Assembly: GCA_964187785.1 (NCBI GenBank) | Contig: OZ076409.1 | Span: 93,064,001-93,128,000, forward strand | Direction: 5' to 3' | Length of the DNA stretch: 64,000 nt | Origin: Amphiscolops sp. MND2022 | Taxonomy: Eukaryota | Part shown: piece after piece, positions 30,887-45,554 of the stretch | Layout of the letters: every line of letters starts with the position of its first letter | How positions within the stretch are numbered: position 1 is the first letter of the stretch | Notes under the pieces: generated by a model | Told to the model about the DNA's origin: nothing | Databases searched by the model: none | The model's input: the letters and a program-made list of their open reading frames with translations, nothing else | Made by a program: the position numbers and the translations under genes

Positions 30887-32524
30887 TAATGTTTTATGTT
30901 TGCAAAAGTGGAGGCGAGACCAAAAAGCTCCATGTTTAGAATTTTTCGGCACTACGCTACTTTTTAGATGTTTTTTTCAAATGTCTTCCCTCAATTTTCA
31001 GCAGAAACAACAGCGTTTGCGAGCAGAGATGGCCACTTTTTGGATTTTCCGGCATTATGCACCTTATTGGAGTGAAAAAAGTTTCGGAAAACTTTTTTTG
31101 AAAGTTTTTAAACATCATTTGTTCGTGGGGGGGGGGTTTCTGTAACAGAAAGGTGTTTCCCGAGTCTTGTCTTGAGGGTGACCTCTTTGTCCTTTTTTTT
31201 CTGTGGAAAAGATGAGTTTTCTTAATGATTGTATAAAGGACCTTCTTTCAGCTTTTCGTTCGGCTCTGTGCGTCTCTCCGAAACTTTCATTTGTTCAAAG
31301 AGTGCCCACATCACTTTCATAGCTCTTTTCGGCTTGAGAAAAAGTAGTTTGAGGATCTGAAAGCTCCTTGTTGGCACTATAAGAGAAGAAATGATCTTTC
31401 AAATATTTATTTTTTTGTGTTTCCATTCGGGGAAAAAGTGGTTTCGATATTTGTACGTATCCCTTGGCGTTTTTTGGCACTGAGAACTTGGTAAAAGCTT
31501 GAAAATAGAGTCCTGTGCATATTCAAAAAACTTGAGCGCCAACCTGGGCCTGATTTTTGACTTGAATTCTAAGATGTTAACGTTCTCTACATTATACCGT
31601 CCTCTGGACGATTATTGTTATGTTCACACTGTCCTTCCAGTCCAGTCCCAAAATAGGGTTTGTCTTCCTTGTTGCGACAAGTAGTCCCAGTTTTCCCGTC
31701 TTGCCTTCAAACGCCACTACTTCTTACCTTTAATTTTAGCCTTTGACACTCTATTTGCTTGTGTCTAGTGGTCTGAGTGGCGTGATGTTATCTGCGTTGT
31801 TTCGTTTTGTTGGAAATTTTCAAAACCTGCAGCAATTGTTGCGTTTCTTTGAAAATTTTCTCCGCCAATTTTGATCACAACCGCAACAGATACTATTGAT
31901 CCCAACAATAAGTATCGGGTTTCTCATTTAGCGGCACAACTGACAAGCATTGTTGTTGAGAATAACAATTGAGCCATAAAAGGCACGGAAAAAACGCAAT
32001 TCTAGTTGTAGAAAAAAAAACGATTCATTTTCCAAACCAAAATCTTGATAAATTGACCATGTCTGGTATACTATTATTTTTTATGTCATTTGCGCCCTTG
32101 GCTGATCAACCGTGCAAACTTGCATTTTAAATTGTCTCTTCGTAGGGCGGGATTACTACAGAAATGACCTTGGTCAAAAAGCAATTTGATCGGAAACTTT
32201 CGCTTTTTCTGCTAGAATTGATTCTCTCACGTCCGGATGATATTTTACCCTCCAAGTGCTTTTTAATCTCATATTTCCCGTGACAGAGATAATTTCACGG
32301 TTTAAGGGAGAACCGCAATAATGACAGTCAATGGACAAGTGAAGCTAAAGAAAAGCCACAATTTGACCTCTGAATTCTTTTTCACTAGTTTCTAAATCGC
32401 TAATTGCTTCACTCAAGAGCATTGTGTGAAAATACAAAAACTGTTTGTCCCTTTTTTGTCATTTCCTTTGAGAAATGACAAAAAGACGATAGATTCTTGC
32501 TGAGTTTTAAATATCAAAGGAAAT

Positions 32525-33331
32525 CCCATGTTGAGCTTTCTTTGAGAATCTGTAAAGATCTGTGAGCCAATTTTCCTTGAGGATCTGTAAAGATCGTGCC
32601 ACTGCTACGTAAGGACAACTGCAGATCTGCAAGGATCTTTACAGATGTTCAAAGATTTTCTGTACAGATTTTTCAGGAAAATTGTTTCCGGACTTCTAGT
32701 GAAACTATGCATTTCATTTTTGAGCTTCTTCAATAAATATTTTTGCTGACCAAAGCTCAGTCAGTTGAAACTCTCCATCACTCAAAGTTCTTGAGCAGGC
32801 AATCTTGTCCCCATCACGGTGATTTTGGTGTCTGGGGAATCTTTGGTGTTGGTTATACACGGTAATTTATCTATTTCACTTGAACTTTCCAGAAGTAGTT
32901 TTTCAACTTTGAGAGGCTCGTTTGTCATATTGCCTTCACTTTGACGGATGAAATTTGACATGTGACAACCTTCGGGGTTGGTAGAGGTGTTGATAAAGTG
33001 CTGTGGTTGTAATATTTCGGGAACATGGTTTGCTGGAGTAGTTTTAGTAATTGCTGGAAACTCGGAATACGTTATAGTAATTTATTGGTATGGTTAATTT
33101 TTAACAAATCCTGGAATATCTGCAAGGATCTGTACAGATCTGTTCAGATTCGCGCAGAAACTTTTTTTTAAACTTCAAATAAGAGGCGTGTTTTTTTGTA
33201 GAGCACTTTTTAACCAACTAATTTCTTTTTCGAAAACTGAATTTATGACTATTCAATTTTCGAACAATCCTGGAATATCTATCAGGATCTGTGCAGATCT
33301 GTACAGATTCGCAGGGAGTGCTCAACATGGG
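32525..33331. mobile_element. CCC..GGG MITE, 807 bp
   Basis: TIR cccatgttgagc / gctcaacatggg; AT flanks both ends; gatctgta subterminal repeats. Confidence 0.85.
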
Positions 33332-33945
33332 ATATTTAGAACTGTATTAAAATCATAGAAATTGAAATCTTGCATTTGTAGTCTGGCAAAAATAAATGGG
33401 TGGTGTTTGTTTTAGGGAAATAGTAAAAATAGTAAATGAGTTTGCCTTTTTTGTGTTTTCAATTACAAAAAATATTGAAAGCTGTTTCCATAGTTGATAT
33501 GGGAAGCTAAAAATGAAGCGGAAACGGCGGTGTAAATAAACCTACAACTTTCAATTAGAGGGTATTTTCTACAGCGAGTTTGTTTTCCAATGTCAAAACA
33601 AAACATTCCAACGGAATTACGAAGACGTCTAATTCCTCGGCTAACAATAAGATGGAAAAAGGAAGAAAGGATCTATATTGCTTTAATAAATCTATTGGGA
33701 ATTCAGGATTCATATTTCAAAACAAGGAAATTCATGTTCACTCAAAGCTCCCCCACTTTCTAATCACTTTCTCACAAAAATGTCGGCAAATTTCAAAGCC
33801 CGATTTTATGAATCAAAAATCTTCTGATGAGCCCCGTCTTTGTCAGAACATATAAAGTTTGCACGGAAACGTTATGAGGTGAAAGATCACCGCTTAGCTA
33901 ATGAATCAAGAGAATCCAAAATAAGTTTTATCGACAGTATTTAAT

Positions 33946-34312
33946 AAGAAGACGGGAACGGCCCAAGTCGGCGCCATATCTAAGGCTCAAAAATAGCAAA
34001 AGGACTTCAAAGTGTCAAGTATTCTCTTCTATAGTACCAGCATGAGGAAAAAATTGAAGAAAAAATCGAAATTGAATTTAATTTTTTTGGTCTCCGGGAA
34101 GTCGCATAGTGCTGAAAAATGTAAAAAGGGACCTCAAAAAAGCCAAATTAACCTCTATCTCAAGTGCCAGTAGAAGTAGTGTGGCATTTAATGTTAGTTC
34201 AAGTCAGCTTATAAAGCTTATAAAATCTGTCAGTCACTTCGTTGGTCTTAAAAAAAGAAGAAAAGTCAATACTATAGTCGGCGTTTTTTCTACGAAAAGC
34301 GCCGACTAAAAA
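33946..34312 (+). mobile_element. Helentron-associated (HINE/DINE-1-like) non-autonomous element
   Basis: End motif aagacgggaacgg..agtcggcgc; other end hairpin tagtcggcg..cgccgacta followed by an A run; several relatives in the window. Confidence 0.6.
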
Positions 34313-36693
34313 TACTATAATAAAAAAGTCAAAAAAATTCTCCAACGGAGCTTTCGCCATGACTGGTCCAGATGCAAAGTTATTTGAGAACAGTCATCAT
34401 TTTTCTCTTGCGTAGTTGGCATTATCCAAAACACAAATCAAATTTTGTTTTAAATGTAAAATGTTTGTTTTAATGTTATGCAAGTTTTTCTAATGTATAT
34501 TTTTTTCATCCTTTGAAAATTACTTTTTTCCCAAAATTTTCACCAAAAAATCCCCCATTCACTTTTGACGAATTTGCAAAAAAACGTTTTACGAGGCTAA
34601 ATGTTCTCCGTTACGATTTTTGTCACTGTGGTTTTTAACAAAAAAAATCGAAAATTTTTTCGAGAAAAAACTTTTTTTGAAGTACTTTCAATCAGGGAAC
34701 AATCGAATTTCGACTCTAAAGTGCGACCTTCTGGTATTTTTTCACTGAAAGATTAATGCGATTTTCCACGGTAATCTTCTTTTAGCATATTCAAACGACT
34801 TTGCTTTTATGTTCCTTTATCGGGGCGCCGACTTGCACCGTTCCCGGCTTGTTACACTTAGAGTCGAAAATACAGTTTTATTTTGCCTTTGTTCATTCGC
34901 CTTGAAAAGGAGACTCTTTGACTGAAACTGCAGCCTTAAAAATATTGAAACCTACGTTTTTTGCCTTTTCAGGACGCGAAGTAATCAAGAACCATTTTTT
35001 GTTCAGTGAGATTTCTGACAAACAAACATTTCGCGCTGTACCACTTTCGACTTTATCTTTTTTTTTTCTTTTTCTATATTTATCTTTTTTTCGACTGAAA
35101 TATGCAGTTGTTATGCTCCCCGATGATTTGACAGATGAAGCTAGTTTTGTTTCTTTCGCTAATCACAAACCGCGGCAAAAAAATGTTTGTGGGTGATGTT
35201 ATTAAGACTGCAAAATATGTAACTATCGATTTCAAAAATCTTTTTTGGCCAAATTTCAAAATCAAATAATGTAATAAAATTAGTATTTTTTGTTTGTCTC
35301 TTCTTTCATAAAAGTAAATTCGATTTTTTTCAGGCTCAATAAATACTGAAAGCAAAATAGACAAAAGTACTGGCGCTAGTTAACTGCTGTTAGTTGTTTT
35401 TAGGAAGGCTGCTTTGCAAAATATTAAAAAAAATTGATACAATGATGAGAGGGAAAAGTAACTATACAACGGAATTTACCACAAAAATTCGAAATAGAGA
35501 AACGAATCAGTTAAGCTCATTTTAATATTTAAAATTTTAATATTTCAAAATATTGAATCATGGCGAAAATGTTTTCACACCAAAAGTCCATTGAAAAAAG
35601 TAAAATTTTGCAATGGCAAAATTAGGCCAATGAAAATCAAACTTGATGATTCGGATATACCCGCTGTATGTAGGCTAAATTGGTATCCCTTTCAACGGAA
35701 TTTTTGATTGCGAAAAGTGGAAGTAAAATTTTCTTTTTCATTTCCGTGGGATAAATTTGTGTCAATACTTCGGCGATATTATCATTTTTCATAGTAAAGT
35801 TTTTCCTACTTTCAAAGCACCGCATGAGTTGGGTCATTGCTTGAGGCTGCTCAAAACTATTCAAGGGGTGATAACGAACGAATGTTTCCTAAAGTTTTCA
35901 AAATGCAATGAATTTGGCTCACCATGCCAAAACATCATGTCCGAAAATTGCACACATGAAACACTGAGCCTTCCGGAAAAAATTTGGTCTAAACCAAATT
36001 CGAACATAACACCTTCTGCGTTTATTCTCTTGCTCTAACCACCAGGCCAACTCACCTGTTACCATTGCTAAACTTGTGTTTTGCCGTTGCAGAACTATAT
36101 TTGGTTTTAACGATGGGATTGAAAAAACTTTCTTTTTTTCGTCAGACCACAGACCTCATACTGAATGGTCCAGTTTTTACAGACTTTACGCAGAAGCTAA
36201 GGAGGCTAAAGTTTAGAGTTTTTCATATCCTCAAAACTATATGGAACTAAAGAGTCCTCCCAAATGTTTTTTTCAGCACGTTGCGACTTTCAAAAAATTT
36301 AATTTTCACCAGGGGTCCTCCTTCGTTTTATAATGTTCCCATTTATTGCAGCACGTGCCAAGAACGTAAAGGGTCTCTCGTTCATGACTTTTGATACTTT
36401 GCGACTTTTCTCGAATTATTTTTCCCCAAACAAATCAAGATTTAAAGCGGACGTTACAGCAAACAGATTGTCTAGTTAGTTCGTTTTTCAGTGATGAAAA
36501 CAGCTGAAAAATTTAAGAAAGTTGCTTAATTGAGCACGTGAACCAATAGAACGATGTGGCTAGAAAATACGGGTCAAAAACGTTCAATCAAAAACTGCTT
36601 TGAGCGAAATTCCGGAAATTCAAAAAAGTCGATAATGAAGTGAAGGCATTCGTTGATGAAAGGAATCAGTGATATCGTGAATAGTTGTTTCGT

Positions 36694-37504
36694 CCCTGGT
36701 CGAGAGAAAATGCGTTCCTTGCAAGGATCTTGCAAGATCCTTGTAAAAATGCAATTACTTGTAAGATCTTGCAAGGAAATTTGTTCCTTGCAAGATCTTG
36801 CAAGGAAATGTTTTCCTTGAAAGATCTTGCAAGGAAATGTTTTCCTTGAAAGATCTTGCAAGGAAATTTTTTCCTTGAAAGATCTTGCAAGGAAATGCTT
36901 TCCTTACAAGATTCTTGAGTTCAATGTACTTCATACTGAGAAATTATGTTAACGTAGTCGTGATTTGAGAATACTGTCAAAAACGTTAATAACTATTATT
37001 TCAGAAGGGTAATTTAACAAATTGAAAAATAATTTCAATCGAAACATTATGCACAGTCTAATTTCAAATCAATAACTGGTACATAACACAATTGGTTGGA
37101 AAAAAATTTTCAGAATACTCTGAAACTGTGTTTTAAATGTTGCGTCACTGAAATGTACTACTACTTTTCAAATAACTTCACTAAGATCACACTTTTAGAG
37201 ATATTTTCTAGAGTTTGCATCTTTTTGGTGGTTGAATCCTCTAGTAAGTAAACCCCGTCTTTGACAGAATCTAATAGTCACGATGCAGTAGTCAACTTGA
37301 AGTCAAACACAATGAATATAAAAAATAAAAAAAATTGTCGAGAACTTTCCACGAAATTTTTCTCCTTGGAAGAATCTTGCAAGGAAATTTTTTTCCTTGC
37401 AAGGTTCTTGCAAGATGTCTTGCAGAAAAATGCATTATCTTGCAAGACCTTGAAAGAAAATCTTGCAAGATCCTTGCAAGGAACGCATTTTTTTTCAACC
37501 AGGG
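36694..37504. mobile_element. CCC..GGG MITE, 811 bp
   Basis: TIR ccctggtcgagagaaaatgcgttccttgcaaggatcttgcaaga and its inverse; GT flanks both ends; near-identical copy at 52633-53376. Confidence 0.9.
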
Positions 37505-37572
37505 GTAGGTTGCCAAGCGAAGTTAGCACAAAGTTGAAGAACTCTCACGTAGACATACATATCAATGAATTT

Positions 37573-37935
37573 TTATTGTTCTGTTTCAATTACGAGTCTA
37601 CTGAACTGACTTTGATTGCTACCAGAATTACGTTTTTTTTTGACGTCGTTCAACGAGTTATTTCGGTGTGTTTTAGAGCTAATGCCGACTTCGGGATTCC
37701 AATGTCCAAGGTCCATTCTGGCATACAACCCGCACTTCAGCTCCCCGAGACTATGTTGTAACTGAGGGATCACTGTCTGAGTGATAGTAGTATTAACTGC
37801 CCCTAAGATTTGTGATTTCAAAACAATTTTAATCTCATCTAACTCCCTAAACTCTCAACTGGTCAGCTCTACATTCAAACGTCGAGCACTTTCTGCAGTT
37901 CATTCACTTTTTTCTAAGAATTCTCTTTGTTTCTC
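37573..37935 (-). pseudogene. Degraded copy of the repeat-borne ORF at 55194-55634
   Basis: ELDEIKIVLKSQILGAVNTTITQTVIPQLQHSL aligns by eye with KLNKIKSSFSSQIQDAITTAIAEKVLSTIQNTL; in-frame stops upstream. Confidence 0.55.
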
Positions 37936-39674
37936 AGCTAGCGTGAAAAAACTCAAGTATTTTTTGACTATGAATATATATATATCGGTTAAGTTAAGTT
38001 TGGAAACGTAACGCGTTGTTTGACAAGCAACACTGGGCGTCAAATTAATCTTTTGAACATTTTGCGACTTTTTTTGGTGTTTTTGCTCATTTATATGATG
38101 TCAGCTGGCCAATTTTGAGTAGTCTGATAAAAAAAGTTATGAACCTGCTGAAAAGTGGTAACATCTTTACCTCGGGAAATATTTTTGATTAGTTTTTGTG
38201 AAAGCAGTGTTTCATACTCTCTGTCTTTGTTATTCAGCACGTGAAATCAAAGAGGTTTCTCCTCAGCTGTGAACAGAATTGTAAGAACGAAGTTGAACTA
38301 ATCAGAAACTTCATATAAAACGTGAAAAACATCAGCCACAGTGTTGTGGTTCGATTGCGCTCTTGTTCAAATTCCGCAACTTAGTTCGGTGGAATTTTTC
38401 GAATTGCTTGGACTCCAAATTCGGAATGTATCAGTGATACTAATGACTGGGTGGCAGGTTGACAGTAAACTCTGTAGGTAGCGAATAGGTTGGGGGAACG
38501 TTCCCATTAGCAGAAGTCTCTTATAAACGGATATCCGGACCCATAGATTTATTCGCGCGGAAGCTGCCCTACCTAATATTCGAAACGCTCTAGATCTTTG
38601 GGAGTAATTTTGACAACTTCGGAAGTTTGTGACTGGGATAGATTAAAAGAACAAAATGCTCTGACAATCAACTTAGATATCTTGGGCTTAATTTGTATGC
38701 TCAATTTAACAAGCTAATGCAAACCGGCATTTGTATTTCCGCATGAATGAGATTTTTAGAAGAAAATTTGAAGTTATGGCGACGCAATATCCTTAAATGT
38801 TTGACCGAATTCTGACATTTGACAACTCGAAAGATTGACTTTCACCTTCAACCTCTAATACTGCTTTATTTCCTCGGAAAATTCCCCTAATTTCATCTAT
38901 TTGGGAAAAATCCAGAAAAGGCTTCCCGCCAAAATTTGAAGTAGTCTGAATTTGGCATCTGGAAATAATCTTCGCCTTCCTATTGAATTTTCTACTTACC
39001 AATTTTCATTTGGCATTTTGAAGACATCCTCGTTAGTCCCAGTGATTTTCAGTTGAAATTTGACAGCTGTAAGCTTGATCAATTTGACCCTCAAAATCGT
39101 TTCTCTGACTTATTCGAAAATGTCCCTAGAGCATACATTCTCTAAACTCGCTTCACTTTCTTTCTTCTAGTAAATGTCACTCCATGGAAATTTCCGTCCT
39201 TGTTGAATAGCGCCCTAATATGTGCATTTGATTTTTCATGTCTCATTTGACTTTTCGAAATTCAGGCTTCAAGCATTTTGCCTCTGCATGACTGCGCCAA
39301 GTGTATCACTTAATATTCAACTATGTCTTCTCGGACCTTGACTAACACTTGGAAAACAAGAGAAATTTGCCTTCATTCTGAAAGTACCATTGTGTATGGT
39401 ACCGTTTCCTTTATCAACAAAGAATTTATTTTTATTTAGCTTTGCAGGAAAACTGGGACCTGCATACCTAATTAGGAAAAAGCTCTGTAGAATTAGACGA
39501 TAATAGGGTTTGAGATAACGTCTTTTTGTCCTCTAGGAAGAAATAAGATAGTTTGTGCGAATGAGGTTTCTAGCTCTTCATCTCGAAAATTTTGCTTGTT
39601 TTGGTTTTCAAACAGATAAGAGGGTATAACTTGATTCAGGTTTTTGGAAAAAAAAAATCCAGTTCCATATCAAT

Positions 39675-39794
39675 GGAGGGGATGGCTGAGTGGTTAGAGT
39701 ATTTGACTTGTATTGGTGCGGCATTAGGTTCGAATCTCTCTCAACTCACCATTTTCGCGCCTTAGGCAAAATCTTCAGTTTAGTGGTATGGTCA
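39675..39794 (+). mobile_element. tRNA-derived SINE-like head, interrupted by the MITE at 39795
   Basis: A-box-like tggctgagtgg (39683-39693), B-box ggttcgaatc (39727-39736); A-rich tail resumes after the MITE (about 40630-40646); no convincing cloverleaf. Confidence 0.5.
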
Positions 39795-40609
39795 CCCAGC
39801 GATTGCAGACATGGTACGCTTGCCAAGAACCATGGTAAATCGCTAGCTAGCCTTGCCAAGATCTTACCATGATCTTAGCAAGATCTTGCCGAGGATACCA
39901 TGATTATGCGAGGATACCATGATTATCCAAGATCGTGCCTAGCGTACCATGTTTTACCGTGATCTTGGCAAGGATGCCAAGATTATCCATTTTCTTGACA
40001 AGGGTTCCATGGTAGCAAATCCGTTTTTTGGTAACTCTTATTTTCTAATTCTATTCATTTTATTGCACTAGTTTCTATTGCATTCTCGAACTTCAGTAAT
40101 TTCAACTCAATAGGTAAGGTTTCAGCAAGATTAACAAATCATAGCTAGAAAAGTTGGTTTCCACACCGATATCGCAAACCCGCAAGTTGCAATATCTTGA
40201 TTCCGAGTTTGCTTTGTATGATAATTTATGATAGTAGTAACGATGCTGTGCTCTCAAGTAACACAGCCCGGTCAATAGATGCAGCAAATTATTGAGAAGT
40301 GTTGTATACTTTTCAGTTTAAAAAACTTTTTTCGATAAATAAAGGTTATGTTCGAAGTTATCACAACGGCTTATTCAGAAATTGGAGACGACATGAAAAG
40401 AATAAATTATACATTTATACAGCTCACATGTCTTACCTTGGTTATCTTGCCATGATCTTGCCATGATCTTGCCATGATCTTACCATGATCTTGCCAAGCG
40501 TTCCATGTATCATGATCAGCCATGATCTTGACAAGGGTACCATGGTTAACCATGATTTAGCAAGATTAACCATGATCTTGGCAAGCGTAGCGTGTCCTCG
40601 ATCGCTGGG
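39795..40609. mobile_element. CCC..GGG MITE, 815 bp
   Basis: TIR cccagcgat / atcgctggg; CA flanks both ends; same family as 252-4575. Confidence 0.85.
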
Positions 40610-43600
40610 CAAGGCAAAAGTAACGCACTAGAAACAAAATAAAAAAGAGCAACCGTGAGTTGTCACACCTTTGTTACTGTGAGATGTGCTTATTGGGTGT
40701 CCAATGGGTGAATTGCGAAGTAAACTTTTTTCTTAATTTAACAAAAACCTTTGCAAGAAAACATTTGCTGGAAATATCAAAACGATGATTGGACTAATCA
40801 AGTAAACAAAGTCAAACCATTCAGTCTCAGAGCGCCGGGTAGTTTCTAATTCCTCAAAGTAAGTGGTACTATAGGTGTGTTCTTATTGACTATTGGCGTT
40901 CTTCTGTAAGAAAAAATGCCCTGCTCTCACAGTGGTAAGACTTTTTGTAAGATGACAATCTTCACTGTGAAAGTTCCTCATTTTTACAAACTATAAGCCC
41001 AGGATCGAAATCGACTAAAGAACCTAACGGGTCCTCGCTTTGAACTTATTATATTTTCACTTTATCGACGAAACTACGAGAGAGCAAAAGGCTCCCTAGT
41101 GTTTTTTGGTATTGTTTTCGGTCATCTCACCAAAAAGTCCTCGGTCTGTCGTCTATAACAATGTCAGTTAGGTACATTTTTTTTCGAGTCCGAAGGATAA
41201 TTTCGACATCATGAAAATTTTAAAAGGGTTTGAAAAAAATCAATTTTTCAGCGTGTTTGAATGACTGCTCTTTCTCAGTGTTGAGCGGGGTCTCGATTTG
41301 ATCTAAAGAATTTTAGCATGAGACCAGAGTATCAAACTGTGAGTTAACGGTTAACGGTAGTTTCCGTCAGTGAAACTAACTATTAGGAAAACTAACAGTG
41401 ATTTGAGCTTTAATTGAAACGGTCTTGACGCAAAGCGTAACCTGTCTTTGAAGTTCGCCTTGGAAAGATGCAAAATAAAGAGGTTAAGCTAAAGAGGTTT
41501 GCTAAAGAGGTTTACTCACCCGTGTCACTTTTTCCATGAAGAAACTCATGATTTAGATACAGAAATTCAAATCTTGATAAATATTTCAAGTGTTATAACT
41601 TATTTTTGTTTCTGATGTTTTCTCAGAAACATACGCAACCTGGTTTGAAGACACCCATGAAAAAATCCCCTGCAATGTGAGGTCAATTGAGACCTTTTAA
41701 AAGACCGACAATCTAAATTTAAAAAAAGTGAACTGCACTGATGATCAGAGGATTTTTCAACTTTTTTCTACTATTTTTTTGTACCACTTGAAGTTTTCGC
41801 ATACCACTGGTTCGCTTTTTCAACAGAGCAAAAAATTATTGACGTTTTCTGCATAAAAATGAAGTATTTTGTGAGTGTTACTTATAAATATAAACAAACC
41901 CTTCAGCAGTCAGTGTGAATTCAAATTGAAGTTTCCCTATTCGTATGCTCGAGAACTATTGACAGACTGCTGACTGCGGCACATTTCAGCCCATTTCCGG
42001 TGGCATCTAAAGTACTTCACGCGCTTTTTGAAGAAGGAAAAATTATTCACTATGCATTTTGAAATACCCTTTTTGGGAAATAAACCTCTTTAAACCCCAA
42101 AATTTGGCAATTACAGGATATCATTCATCGTCAAGAGGTTTCCCGAAATCCCTGCTAAACTGAATTTGACTAAGTTGCAATCACAGGATAGCCCATTCAC
42201 GAGTTGATAAATACCACAAGCATTTCTTCTTCATCTACTTTGTGTGATTCGGAGGCCAAGATTTTACACATATTTAACTTTCATTTAGATCGATTGCTCA
42301 GCTTGTAGAAATTAAACCCGGCTTAAACTTCTCTGGAATCTACATTTTCTCATGACTTTTTCATCAACTGACAATTTTTCGACGGATTTTTGTGTTGCGA
42401 AGACCAAACTTATGTGAATTTTAGATTTTTACAGGTTTCTTTATCAAAGAAACTTTTTGGCTTTTGAATCTGATTTCCGTCCAAACTGTACGTGACATCT
42501 GCACTCCAGATGTATGGGCGTACAGAAACTGTCAAGAAGTATGATTTAACGAAGGTCTTTTCTTTTTCTACAGGAGATTTTATGAAATTAGAACTTTGAG
42601 ATGGTACCCCTATATGAGACTGCAGGAATTTTTCTGCATGGAAGGCCTGCATGCAAGAAGGCCTGCATGCAGTGTAGTTTTTGATAAAACCTGAAAAATT
42701 CTGTAAGGTTCCTGTGGAAAATCTTGTAGATTTACCACGGATTTTCTACTATCACGCGATCACTTAAGTCAGATCAGTAGTTGTATTCCGACTTTGTTTT
42801 CTCAACTACAGTGTATGACGCTGAAAACTGAAAACAGCCTTCAAAGTTTCAGAACCAATCAACTCTGGTTGAAATACAGATACTTTTTACAAGCAGCATT
42901 GGAGCACGCAGGCTAATTTTTTGAAAAACATAGAAAATTCAGGAACCCTGCATGAAAAATTCCTGCAAAACTTCCCTGCAGCTTCCCTGGTAGCATTTTT
43001 CTGTGCTTTGAGAAATTTTTCGATCAGCTTAAAGGATTTTTTTGAAGAAAATCATTGAAAAAAATGATGCAAGACTGAAAACACTTCCTTCAAAAAGGAC
43101 CGTTTTCCTAGTCCAAATCTTCACTTATTCAAAAAAGGTGCTCTTCGATAACAATGCTGCTAAGCCAACACGTTCCTAAAAGCTAACAAAATAGGCAGAA
43201 CAAAAAATGTCAATTAAAAAGATCATAAGACACATAACAAGAAAATCATTGCAATTTACAAAAAAAGCACGAACTAGTTCAATAACCTGAGTTCATCGGT
43301 GAACTTTTTCACATTGATTCCGGGATATTGCACTAGAAATCAGCGCCAAGACTTTTATACCATCATCGATTGCATGAATTAGCTTCAGACATTGATTCAC
43401 AGCAGCATCCACGCAAAAGCCAGCATTCTTCAATACGGACCTGCAACAAAAAAGGCACAATCAAATGATGCTTAAAACGTTAGCTAACAATTGGCAAACC
43501 CAGAGAAAGCCAAAGTTTATAAGAATTAAAATGCCCAATCATATTTGTTGACTGTCAGTCCTCACTTGTGTTTTTTGGTCATCAGCGTGATGCCAATAAC

Positions 43601-43746
43601 TACTGTGCTCATCATGTAGAGAAGAGCATTATGTTGAACAAGCGACGGGGCGGCAACACGACGCCTTTCTACCTTCCGATGTTTTGAAAAGAGTTGTTTG
43701 CCATGAGAAACGGTGATTTCAGACATTATTCCAGTAAAATACAGTG

Positions 43747-44265
43747 TTTTTAGTCGGCGCTTTATCCTTTTAAAGAAAAATGCCCGACTAAGCAGTGACC
43801 TTTTTTTCTTCAGACTACAATCCTCACACTGATCGGTCCACTTTTTAGAAACAATCCTGAAACCACCTAAGGCGCCAAGTCCGGCCAAGGGGCCAAGGCA
43901 AACTTAGTGCAAAAGGTCCCCCTTTCGTTTTTTACCTTTTCAAGGTAACCTAGAAAACCGGACGGGACTAGAGTCCTCGCTTTCGATTTTTTTTCGGCAC
44001 TGTGCGACTTTTTTTCGAAAATTGTTTTGTCTCCAAAGGGTTCTCCTTTCATTTTTTACCTTTTTAACGTAACCTTCAAAACCGGCCGAGTGTAAAGGGT
44101 CCCCCTTTTGATTCTTTACGGCACTGTGCAACTTTTGTTTCGAAAATTTTTTAATGTCCCCAAACGGTCCCCCCTTCGAGGTTTTTGTTATCTTGCAACA
44201 GAATGCATGTTTATAAATCAAAAAGGGTCCCCCTTTTACATTTTTCGGCACTGTGCGACATTTTC
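43747..44265 (-). mobile_element. HINE-like element, partial
   Basis: tagtcggcgc..cccgacta hairpin; internal aaagggtcccc repeats shared with 49641-50291 and 56752-57385. Confidence 0.55.
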
Positions 44266-45554
44266 TTAAAGAAATGCACGGATAAACCTCTAGTAATCTT
44301 TTTTGTTAATTTTTTAAGGTTTTCAAACATCTCTGAAAATAAGTTTCAATAACTTTTGAAGTTTCAACCAATAAAAACAGCTGATTTTAATATTCGGTTT
44401 TAAAGTAGTTCCCTGAAAAACCTCATAGAACTTCAATATGAAAATGTGTTTGTTTTGCAAATCCGAAAAGTGATGAATATTGCGTATTACAACAGTTTGC
44501 ATGCAAAAAAATGTGAAATTCCTCGATGTTGCTCTGAAAATCGGCCAAATTGTAATGGGAATCCTATTAACCTGAAGAAATAGCATTGCATCAGGGAATT
44601 TATTTAGCTTTAATGATGTTCTATGAAACATCCAAACTCATGCTAAAATTGTTTGGCAGCCTATGAAATTGTGCAAAGTTTCAAGCATGTTCAACTAGGG
44701 AGGTGAAAGATGGAACTTTCTGAATAGACACTCAAATTTTCAAATCGACATTCAATTTTAGTAAGCCCCCACTGACCTTTGCTCGCATGTACTCATCGGA
44801 TATGACTGCCCCTTTTTAAATAGGACGCTACGTATGGTGGTGATTTGCCTTTTATTACGCAAGTGAAGTTATTTTGCATAGAAATGGTGTAAAACTTATA
44901 GCAACTTTTTTGTTTTCAAATTTAGAACTTTTTCCTAATGAAACTTGCAAAACTTCAAAAACTTAGATGAACCTTTCAAACATCTTGGTACAACTTTTGT
45001 TCCTAGGAATCCATAGGGTATTTTGATTGTTTCGATAATTTCGATTCTGGTGTATTTGTTGCCGAGAAAAATTGTTTGACGTCTGAGAAATGTTTCCGTT
45101 TCGGAGTTTTTGAACTTAATTGATTATCTTTGAAACTATTCGTTTCGTTGTACAAATATACGTTTTCGATACAAATTTGGAATGTACTTTCGTCAGCTTT
45201 TTAAACGTAAAAACACTTTCAAAAACTTGTTACTTCGTGTTTTCACACTCTATTTTTGTTTTGAAAGTATTCTATGGCCTTAAGGAATGAGTTCACCGCT
45301 GCCAATACTCGTAATTTGAAAGAACTCACTGTTAAATCATATCCGGGAAAAAAACAAAATTGTATCAAACTTCATGCCAAGTTTGTGAAAAATATGTCTC
45401 CAGGTCCCAGCTCTGACGCATCGCGAAATCTCTGATCAGCCTATGTGTTGTCAACTTGAGGAGAGTATAATAATTTATTCTTTTCACCTTTGATTTCGGG
45501 TTCATTTTACTAATTCTTAAAACCGCTGCTCATTCTTTCTGTCATTTCATATCA

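Noticed and set aside
36574..37761. ORFs with LARSCK/LQDL repeats (also 52572-53515, 10043-10285, 29041-29301)
   Set aside because: Translations of MITE subterminal repeats
39675..39745. Functional tRNA gene
   Set aside because: A and B boxes present but stems do not form a cloverleaf; treated as SINE-like
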